From a bacterium (GTDB lineage: Bacteria > Sysuimicrobiota > Sysuimicrobiia > Sysuimicrobiales > Kaftiobacteriaceae), in the NCBI GenBank assembly GCA_044868695.1, contig JBIOWP010000068.1, forward strand, positions 1 to 12,801: 12,801 nt of DNA, written 5' to 3'. Each line of letters begins with the position of its first letter. Within the stretch, counting starts at the first letter, position 1. The notes under the pieces are model-generated. The model saw only the letters and a list, made by a program, of their open reading frames with translations. It ran no database searches and was not told the origin of the DNA. This document shows, piece by piece, positions 1-6,667 of this stretch. Position numbers and translations under genes: made by a program.

Positions 1-352
1 GTTCGTAGAAGCGGTGTGTGCGTTCCAGGTACTCCGGCTTCACGACGCGCGACCATCGGCCGGCCAGCACCCGGGATCCGGCCGCGCTCCCCATCCAATA
101 GTTCACGCTGTCGCCGGCAATCGCGGCGGCGGCCAGCAGCACCACGAGGACGCCGACCTGGAGACTTCCCCTCGCCGCCAGGGTTCCCGCGGCGAACAGC
201 AGGGAATCTCCCGGGAGGAACGGGGTGACCACGAAGCCGGTCTCGGCAAAAATCACCGCGCCGAGCACAGCATACGTCCATCCGCCATAGTGCCGGATCA
301 CGGCGTCGAGGTGCACGTCGATGTGGAGCACGAAGTCGATCAGCGTCTGCAT
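1..352 (-). CDS. DedA/VTT-domain membrane protein, 5' part (3' end runs off the left edge)
   Basis: Not in the ORF track. Manual minus-strand translation from ATG at 352 gives MQTLIDFVLHIDVHLDAVIRHYGGWTYAVLGAVIFAETGFVVTPFLPGDSLLFAAG...AIAGDSVNYWMG...YLERTHRFYE, open to position 2. FAETG..PFLPGDSLLF and GD..NYW.G are hallmark DedA motifs. A GGGGTGG SD-like sequence lies upstream. Confidence 0.93.
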   Translation of the reverse strand, partial: MQTLIDFVLHIDVHLDAVIRHYGGWTYAVLGAVIFAETGFVVTPFLPGDSLLFAAGTLAARGSLQVGVLVVLLAAAAIAGDSVNYWMGSAAGSRVLAGRWSRVVKPEYLERTHRFYE

Positions 353-383
353 CTCGTCGGCGACCACCCCAGGGGCGCGGCCG

Positions 384-1322
384 TCAGGACCCCGCTCCGT
401 GAAGGCGTGCGCGCCGCTGCTGGCGGCGGGCGCGGCGAACCTGCGCCTCCGTCCAGTGCCGCCGTTCGGCCGCGGTGGACGGCGCGTAGACCGGCACCGG
501 CTTCGGCCCTTCCGCATCGACGTGGACCATCGTGAGGAACGCCGTGCATGTGTGCCGGCGGACGCCGGTGAGCGGGTGCTCCGCCACCACCTTGACGCCG
601 ACTTCCATTGACGTGCGGCCGACGTGGTTGAGCGCCGCCTTGTAGGTCACGATTTCCCCCACGCGGATCGGCGCGTAGAACGCCAGCGCGTCGGTCGACG
701 CCGTGACGATGGGCCCCCGGCAGAACCGCAGCGCCAGAATCGACGCGGCCTCATCGAGATGCATCATCAGGCGGCCGGCGAACATCAACGTCCCCAGGAC
801 GGCGTCGTCGGGAAACACCACGCGGGCAATCTCAAGCGTGTGGGTCAGACCGGCGCTGTCCTCCTCGACCTGCCCCGCCCGCACCGTCCGGTCGGCCAGA
901 TGCCCCGCGCGCTCGGCCCGCCGTGCCCTCGCACGCTCGAACACCACCGCTTCTTCCCGGCTCGCCGGCGCGATCTCGGCCCCCACCGGCCGCGAGCGGC
1001 CGTCGGGATCGATGGCCACCATCGCCAGGTGGCTTGAGGTCGCGAGGCGCGGTCCGCCGCCGCGGGGGTTCTCCGCGACCACCTCGACTCCCACCTCGAG
1101 GGACGCCCGGCCGATGTACTCGACCTGGGCCCGCGCCGTCACGACGTCCCCGACGTGCACCGGACCGAGGAAATCCAGATCGTCCATCGCACCCAGCACG
1201 ACCGCCCCGTGGGCGATCCGCATCGCCGCCATCGTGGCAGCCGTCGTGATCCAGTCCATCATCCGGCCGCCATACAGGGTTCCGCGGACATTCGCGTCCC
1301 CGGGGAGGACCAGCTGGATCAT
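384..1322 (-). CDS. Acyl-CoA thioesterase with two tandem hot-dog domains (YciA/ACOT7-like)
   Basis: Two repeats of the type II thioesterase pattern: LPGDANVRGTLYGGRMM...FLGPVHVGDVV...GRASLEVGVEV and FPDDAVLGTLMFAGRLMMHLDEAA...FYAPIRVGEIV...GRTSMEVGVKV. Each ends in a charged helix. The true start may be the in-frame CTG at 1358 (see findings). Confidence 0.92.
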   Translation of the reverse strand: MIQLVLPGDANVRGTLYGGRMMDWITTAATMAAMRIAHGAVVLGAMDDLDFLGPVHVGDVVTARAQVEYIGRASLEVGVEVVAENPRGGGPRLATSSHLAMVAIDPDGRSRPVGAEIAPASREEAVVFERARARRAERAGHLADRTVRAGQVEEDSAGLTHTLEIARVVFPDDAVLGTLMFAGRLMMHLDEAASILALRFCRGPIVTASTDALAFYAPIRVGEIVTYKAALNHVGRTSMEVGVKVVAEHPLTGVRRHTCTAFLTMVHVDAEGPKPVPVYAPSTAAERRHWTEAQVRRARRQQRRARLHGAGS

Positions 1323-1354
1323 CTCGAGCCGGGACTGGGCGATCGGGAAGGTGT

Positions 1355-2716
1355 TCAGCCCGCCACGCGCTCCATCCAGGTGATGACCGTGGCGATGCCC
1401 CGGTGGAAGTTGGGCAGGTGGAACTTCTCGTTGGGGGCATGGAGGTTGTCGTCGGGCAGGCCGAACCCGAAGAGGACCGTGGGGACTTTGAGCACGCGGT
1501 CGAACTTGGCCACAATGGGGATGCTGCCGCCTTCCCGCACGAACACCGGGTCGGCCCCCCAGATCTCCCGCACGACCGCCGAGGCGGTCCGCACCGGCGG
1601 CATGGTGGGCTCGATCAACACGGGATCTGCACCGGCCAGCTCGCGGACCTCCACCTCGACGCCGGGCGGCGCGAGCCGCTTCACTTTTTTCTCAAACGCC
1701 CGCAGGACCGTCCGGGCCCGCTGGTCGGGCACCAACCGCATGCTGACTTTGGCGACGACCTTCGCGGGAATCACCGTCTTCGAGCCCGCTCCCGTCCAGC
1801 CGCCGGCGATGCCGTGCACGTCCAGCGTCGGCCGCGACCACCGGCGCTCCAGAATCCCGTAGCCCGCCTCCCCCGGCGCCGTCGAGACACCCAGGTCGGC
1901 CAGGTACTCCTCCTCGCGGAACGGGAGGCGCTCCCAGGACGATTTTTCTTCCGGCGACGGATCCCGCACGGAGGCATAGAATCGTGGAACGGTCACGCGC
2001 CCGCGGCGATCGTGCAGCCCGGCGATGATGGCCGCGACGGCGTTCACGGGATTCGGCGCGGCGCCGCCGTGCTGTCCGGAGTGCAGGTCGTGGGATGCCC
2101 CGCGGATCTCGACTTCGGTGTACACCAACCCCCGCAGGCCGGTCACGATGCTCGGCAACCCTTTCGTATATAGCGACCCATCCGACACCCAGGCCATGTC
2201 GCAGGACACTTTCCGCGCGTGGCGGTCGATCCACCGGTTAATGCCCGGGCTGCCGATCTCTTCCTCTCCCTCCAGCAGAACCTTCACATTGAGGGGAAGC
2301 GCGCCGTCGCTCCGCAGGAACGCCTCCAGCGCCTTGATCACCCCGAACGCCTGACCCTTGTCATCCGACGCCCCGCGGGCAAAGAGATCGTCTCCACGGA
2401 GTGTGGGCTCAAACGGGGGGGAGGTCCACTCCGTCAGGGGATCCACCGGCTGCACGTCATAGTGGCCGTAGAACAGCACCGTGGGGCGCCCCACCGTCTT
2501 CATCCACTGCCCGTACACGATGGGATGGCCCCCCTCGAGCGGGATGAGTTCGGCGGTCAGGCCGAGCTCCCGCAGGTGGGCCAGCAGCCAGTCGGCCGCG
2601 CGGCGGATGTCCTCGCGATGCTGCGGCAGCGTGCTGATGCTCGGAATGCGCAGCAGCGTCCGTAGCTCGTCCACGAACCGATCGCGGTGCTGTTGTGCGT
2701 AGGCCAGTGCGCTCAC
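1355..2716 (-). CDS. M20 family metallo-dipeptidase (DapE/ArgE/CNDP-Dug1-like)
   Basis: Metal and catalytic motifs YGHYDVQP, RGASDDKGQ, EGEEEIGS, DLHSG and C-terminal HAPNE. Start moved from 2776 to GTG at 2716 because a strong SD (GGAGGT, 2725-2730) precedes it and this removes the overlap with the yceI-like gene. Confidence 0.93.
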   Translation of the reverse strand: MSALAYAQQHRDRFVDELRTLLRIPSISTLPQHREDIRRAADWLLAHLRELGLTAELIPLEGGHPIVYGQWMKTVGRPTVLFYGHYDVQPVDPLTEWTSPPFEPTLRGDDLFARGASDDKGQAFGVIKALEAFLRSDGALPLNVKVLLEGEEEIGSPGINRWIDRHARKVSCDMAWVSDGSLYTKGLPSIVTGLRGLVYTEVEIRGASHDLHSGQHGGAAPNPVNAVAAIIAGLHDRRGRVTVPRFYASVRDPSPEEKSSWERLPFREEEYLADLGVSTAPGEAGYGILERRWSRPTLDVHGIAGGWTGAGSKTVIPAKVVAKVSMRLVPDQRARTVLRAFEKKVKRLAPPGVEVEVRELAGADPVLIEPTMPPVRTASAVVREIWGADPVFVREGGSIPIVAKFDRVLKVPTVLFGFGLPDDNLHAPNEKFHLPNFHRGIATVITWMERVAG

Positions 2717-2756
2717 ACGCCCCCACCTCCAGGACAGAAGGGTTCGGCGAAGCGCA

Positions 2757-3329
2757 TCACTTTCCCGCTGACGCACGAAGCGCGAGCTTGAGCGAGACCT
2801 CGACCGGATCCTCGGCCGCGAAGATCAGAAAACGCGGAATGGGAATGTGGAAGTCGGTCAGGCGGATGGTCACCCGGCCGTCGACGAGATAGCTGTCGCG
2901 CAGCGCGATCACGCGGACGGGAAACTCGATGTCGCGCGTCGTGTCGGTGATCGTGAGGGCGCCTCTCACGAGCGCGCGGAAGGTCACTCCCGTCACCGCG
3001 TCGACCGGCACCACGGTGCCCGTGAACGTGATGGTGGGATACCGGTCGGTGAGCAGGAAGTCTCGCTGCATCTGGCCGTCCCGCAGGCCGACGCCGGTGG
3101 TGATCGAACGCGCATCGATCCGGGCCTCGACCTGCGCGACAAACGCGTCACCCTGCTCCGTGACCACGGCGCTCGCCTGCACGCCGTGGGCCACTCCGGT
3201 GAACCCGCCCCGGTTATCCTTGACGGCGAACTCCACGCGGCTGGCCCCGGGCTCGAGCGTGAAGGAACCGACCGGCAACAATGAGAGCGCGGCGGCGGCG
3301 AGGAACCCTGCGCTTCGCAACAGTGTCAT
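2757..3329 (-). CDS. YceI-like lipid/polyisoprenoid-binding protein, probably secreted
   Basis: Signal-peptide-like N-terminus (MTLLRSAGFLAAAALSLLP), then S.V.F.V, IDARSITTG...RD, FL..DRYPTITF, G.LTI...TRDI.F and IRLTDFHI, the YceI beta-barrel pattern. ATG at 3329 has SD GGAGGAG at 3332-3338. Confidence 0.9.
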   Translation of the reverse strand: MTLLRSAGFLAAAALSLLPVGSFTLEPGASRVEFAVKDNRGGFTGVAHGVQASAVVTEQGDAFVAQVEARIDARSITTGVGLRDGQMQRDFLLTDRYPTITFTGTVVPVDAVTGVTFRALVRGALTITDTTRDIEFPVRVIALRDSYLVDGRVTIRLTDFHIPIPRFLIFAAEDPVEVSLKLALRASAGK

Positions 3330-3429
3330 CGCTCCTCCTACGTACGCGGCGCGTGTCACGGGATGTTCACGAGACCGGCATCAAGGAAAACGCGCGAACG
3401 GGCGCCAACCCTTCCCTGCGGGCTGGTGC

Positions 3430-4335
3430 ATGATAAAGCTCCGGTTTCTCCTGAGTACCCTGGCCGACGCGGGAGCGCGTGAGACCTCGGCACGCGCGCT
3501 GGCCGCCGCCTGCGCCCTCGGATACGCGGGCACCCTGGCCGTCATGGTGGTGTCCGGGACGGGCCTGCGGCGCTGGTTCTTCGCGCTGGTCATCTGGGGC
3601 GCCCTGATCTATGCGCCCCTGCGGATTCTGCTCGAAGCATTCCAGACCATCGCGCCCCAGATGCGGCGCACGATGTTCGCGCAGGCCGCCACCCGCCCCG
3701 ACCGGTACGGCAGCCGCCCTTCGATCGAGCTGATGGTCGACGGACTGTTCGCCCGCGCCGTCGTGATGCCGCGCATCGCCACGCCGGTGCACACCGCGAA
3801 GGCCAAGGAAGGCGCCGCAGCGATCCTGGCCGGGGCGCTCCGCGAGGAGGGCGACGGAGTGCAGATGGCCGCGGTGCGCTGCCTGGCCGGTGTGGAGCGG
3901 TGGGCCGCCGCCGCGGCGGCGTGGGCCGCGGCGCGCGCCCCGGCGAATATCCAGGCCCGGTGGGCGGACATCCGCGCGCTGGCAGGGCTGGCGGCCGCCT
4001 CGAAAGTCCTGATCGCCGCGTACGAGGATCGTTCCGGCCGCCTCTTCACCGCGGGATCCGCCGGGGGCGCGGGGGCGGCCGCGTACCTGGACGCGTGTCT
4101 GGACCTGTGTGACCAGCTGGCCCTCGAAGTCGATGTGGTGCCGTGGAGCGAACCGGGGCTGGACCTGGGTATCGACGCCGCCGTAGGTGACCTCATCCGC
4201 CAGACATGGAGGACTTTCAGTGACACCCCCTCCCCTGCGCCCACCGCGCGCAAAACCTTCGTAGACGCCGTCTTGACCCGGACCGCGGGACCAGGGATCA
4301 GGGACCAGGGACCAGGGACCAGAGGTAAGATCTAA
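3430..4335 (+). CDS. Hypothetical protein with two N-terminal hydrophobic segments and an Ala-rich, probably helical body
   Basis: Downstream part of ORF 2929..4335 with GC3-biased codons from about 3450. Hydrophobic segments ALAAACALGYAGTLAVMVVSG and WFFALVIWGALIYAPL. The upstream part of the ORF is antisense to yceI. The start is uncertain (no clear SD) and no family was recognised. Confidence 0.75.
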   Translation: MIKLRFLLSTLADAGARETSARALAAACALGYAGTLAVMVVSGTGLRRWFFALVIWGALIYAPLRILLEAFQTIAPQMRRTMFAQAATRPDRYGSRPSIELMVDGLFARAVVMPRIATPVHTAKAKEGAAAILAGALREEGDGVQMAAVRCLAGVERWAAAAAAWAAARAPANIQARWADIRALAGLAAASKVLIAAYEDRSGRLFTAGSAGGAGAAAYLDACLDLCDQLALEVDVVPWSEPGLDLGIDAAVGDLIRQTWRTFSDTPSPAPTARKTFVDAVLTRTAGPGIRDQGPGTRGKI

Positions 4336-4387
4336 TACGCACGCAGCCGCCGTAAGACCTGGTCCCAGGTCCCTGGTCCCGGGTCCC
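4287..4387. repeat. Inverted tandem-heptamer element 1: 5 GGGACCA-type units, 38-nt spacer, 4 TGGTCCC-type units
   Basis: Left arm 4287-4321: GGGACCA GGGATCA GGGACCA GGGACCA GGGACCA. Right arm 4360-4387: TGGTCCC AGGTCCC TGGTCCC GGGTCCC. It could form a stem of about 28 bp. It lies at the junction of convergent genes and overlaps the 3' end of the hypothetical CDS. Confidence 0.9.
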
Positions 4388-4402
4388 ATTGTCGTTAGAT
4401 AC

Positions 4403-5608
4403 TCACTTCCGCCCTACAAGGACGATCCATCGTTTCAAGAACGACGGCTGCGGCGTTGCTTCGTAGCCGATCTGCTCCAGCGCCTCACGCCGGGCCTGCC
4501 GGAGGGCCTCGGTGACCGCGTGACGCGATGGCTGTGCCGCGCCGGCTAGTTCGAGCCACGCCTCAACCGTCTGGCGGCGCTCCACCACCTCGGCATGGCT
4601 CAGCGCGACCCCGCGATGCGCCAGGAGCGCGCGCCACTGGCTGGGAGGCAGGGCTCCGACGTGGCTCGCATCCCGCAGGAGTTCCAACCGCTCCATGAGC
4701 GAGCAGCCCCGGGGGTCTTCCGGCGGCGCCTGGTCCACGATGCCCAGGCGGCCGCCGCGCGCGAGAACACGCAGCATTTCCGCGATCCCACTTTCGATCC
4801 GCGCAAAGTGGTGCGGCGCACGCCGGCACGTGACGACCGTGAACACCGCATCTGCGAACGGCAGCGCTTCCGCATCCCCCGCCACCCACGCGAGGCCCGG
4901 ATCGCGCGCTGACAGGCGGCGCGCCTCCTCGAGCATGCCGTACGTCAGGTCCACGCCGACCACGCGACCGACGAACGGCCGGACCGCCATCGCGGTGAAC
5001 CCTGTGCCGGTGGCCACGTCGAGCACCCGGTCGGAGCGCACGAGATTGAGGTGGAGGAGCAGCGCGTCCAGGTCGGCGTCGCGGCGGTGGCTGGCACTCC
5101 GTGCATACGCGGCGGCCTGGCGCGTGAACTGCCGCTGCACCGACGACTTCGCGCCCGACGCCCGTTCCACCGCCCGGCCGACGATGTCGTCCCGATGGGA
5201 CGTCAGCAACTCGTGCTGTTCGGGCCAGAACATCGGCGGGAGCGCGTCCAGGGGAAACCATTCCGCGCGACCTGCCGCGGACGCCGCGGCCGCGTCCGCC
5301 GTGAAGACGAAGTAGTGTGTCTTCTTCCAGGATGTCCGGCTGAAGTCCAGCCGTTCACGGACGCCGAGTGCGCCCAGCGAGATCAGGTTGTCGAGTCCCG
5401 CTTCCTCGCGGATTTCGCGGCGCGCCGCGTCCTCCAGTGACTCTCCGGGCTCGACGTGCCCCTTCGGGAGAACAAACCCCGGCAGATCACCGTCTCGGAC
5501 CAGGGCGACACGTACCCGATCCCCCTCCGCCCACACGACCACGCCGCCGGCCGAGGTGTGCTCGGTGATCCCCGGCGGCTTGCGATACCAGCTCTCGTCG
5601 ATGCGCAT
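4403..5608 (-). CDS. Nudix hydrolase fused to a class I SAM-dependent methyltransferase (UbiE/YcgJ/YafE-like), about 401 aa
   Basis: From ATG 5608: SAGGVV and a perfect Nudix box GHVEPGESLEDAARREIREEAGL (GX5EX7REUXEEXGU). The same frame then gives VLDVATGTG (motif I), VVGVDLT, GDAEALPF, TCRRAPHHF and LRVLARGGRLGIVD. The ORF-track extension to 6544 is antisense to the cyclodeaminase gene. Confidence 0.88.
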   Translation of the reverse strand: MRIDESWYRKPPGITEHTSAGGVVVWAEGDRVRVALVRDGDLPGFVLPKGHVEPGESLEDAARREIREEAGLDNLISLGALGVRERLDFSRTSWKKTHYFVFTADAAAASAAGRAEWFPLDALPPMFWPEQHELLTSHRDDIVGRAVERASGAKSSVQRQFTRQAAAYARSASHRRDADLDALLLHLNLVRSDRVLDVATGTGFTAMAVRPFVGRVVGVDLTYGMLEEARRLSARDPGLAWVAGDAEALPFADAVFTVVTCRRAPHHFARIESGIAEMLRVLARGGRLGIVDQAPPEDPRGCSLMERLELLRDASHVGALPPSQWRALLAHRGVALSHAEVVERRQTVEAWLELAGAAQPSRHAVTEALRQARREALEQIGYEATPQPSFLKRWIVLVGRK

Positions 5609-5621
5609 CGCTGTGGAAGTA

Positions 5622-5664
5622 GTGTTCTCCGCGCGGAAGGACCGTTCCTCAATCGCGAGAACAC
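5622..5664. promoter_or_regulatory. Inverted repeat GTGTTCTC-N27-GAGAACAC in a 66-bp divergent intergenic region (possible operator or symmetric initiation signal)
   Basis: GTGTTCTC at 5622-5629 and GAGAACAC at 5657-5664, with an inner GGAA/TTCC pair (5635-5638, 5645-5648). It lies between the divergent ATGs at 5608 and 5675. Function is inferred only. Confidence 0.35.
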
Positions 5665-5674
5665 AGTTGTGGCC

Positions 5675-6667
5675 ATGCCCCTGCTCCTCCGCGAAGACGA
5701 CGTCGCCCGCGTCCTCCCGATGGACACCCTCATTGCCGCCGTCGAGGACGGGTTCCGGCTGCTGGGACGCCAGCAGGCGTTGAACCGCCCACGACAGCGG
5801 TCGACCACGAAGGAGGGCACCGTCCTGCACGTGATGTCGGCGGCGATCCCGGCGCTCGGCGTCATGGGTCTCAAAGCGTATACGAGCGGCCGGGACGGCA
5901 CACGGTTCATGGCCATGCTGTACAGCACGGACACCGGCGAGCTGATCGCCATGATGGAAGCCAACCGGCTGGGGCAGATGCGCACGGGCGCGGCCAGTGC
6001 GGTGGCGACAAAACATATGGCCAAACCCGATGCCGGGGCGCTCGGGATCATCGGCACCGGCTGGCAGGCCCGGAGCCAGGTCATCGCCGCGAGCCGGGTG
6101 CGGCCCATCGCGCTGGTAAAGTGTTACAGTCGCGATGCCAGGCGCCGCGAAGAGTTCGCCGATGAGATGATCGCGGAGCTGGGGGCCGAGGTGGTCGCGG
6201 TCCGCAGTGCCCGCGAGGCGGTGGAGGCGGTCGACATCGTCGCGACCGCGACGACGGCAAGCGAGCCTGTCCTGCTCGGCGAATGGCTCGTTCCAGGGAT
6301 GCACGTGAATGCCATCGGGTCGAACTGGACCACCCGACGCGAACTTGACGCCGAAGCGGTCCGGCGCTGCGACCGCATCGCGGTCGACGACGTCCAGCAG
6401 GCGCGGGAGGAGGCCGGAGACCTTGTCGGCGCCTCCGACGCGGGCCTGCCCGTCTGGGATCGCGTGGTCGAGCTCGGCCGGATCGTGGCAGGCGACACGC
6501 CAGGGCGCGCGGCGCCGCGCGAGATCACGCTGTTCGAATCCCAAGGCATCGCCCTGGAGGACGTCGCGGCCATGAAGCTCGCCTACGATCGCGCACGCCA
6601 GCTGGGAGTGGGAGAAGAACTCAGGAAAGACGTGGGGGGTGTAACGTGGAATTCGCCGTGTCGCTAG
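5675..6667 (+). CDS. Ornithine cyclodeaminase/mu-crystallin family protein (cyclodeaminase, imine reductase or archaeal-type alanine dehydrogenase)
   Basis: MPLLLREDDV N-terminus, MGLKAY, MRTGAASAVAT, Rossmann-type IIGTGWQA, DIVATAT, GMHVNAIGS...RELD, EAGDL and ITLFESQGIALEDVA. Start taken at ATG 5675 because the upstream ORF extension overlaps the Nudix gene. Confidence 0.92.
   Translation: MPLLLREDDVARVLPMDTLIAAVEDGFRLLGRQQALNRPRQRSTTKEGTVLHVMSAAIPALGVMGLKAYTSGRDGTRFMAMLYSTDTGELIAMMEANRLGQMRTGAASAVATKHMAKPDAGALGIIGTGWQARSQVIAASRVRPIALVKCYSRDARRREEFADEMIAELGAEVVAVRSAREAVEAVDIVATATTASEPVLLGEWLVPGMHVNAIGSNWTTRRELDAEAVRRCDRIAVDDVQQAREEAGDLVGASDAGLPVWDRVVELGRIVAGDTPGRAAPREITLFESQGIALEDVAAMKLAYDRARQLGVGEELRKDVGGVTWNSPCR

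Noticed and set aside
2929..3429. N-terminal extension of the 468-aa plus-strand ORF
   Set aside because: It lies antisense to the yceI-like gene, with Ser/Thr/Arg/Pro-rich shadow composition.
4287..4387. Heptamer arrays as a CRISPR array or mini-array
   Set aside because: The units are 7 nt, contiguous and inverted, with no repeat-spacer alternation of CRISPR dimensions and no cas genes in the window.
4287..4402. Element 1 as a classical intrinsic terminator
   Set aside because: There is no U-tract on either strand and the loop is 38 nt. A terminating or stabilising role is possible but not supportable as a standard Rho-independent terminator.
5609..6544. N-terminal 312 aa of the 713-aa minus-strand ORF, suggesting a three-part fusion
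   Set aside because: It is the antisense shadow of the cyclodeaminase gene and has no recognisable domain. The real protein begins at ATG 5608.
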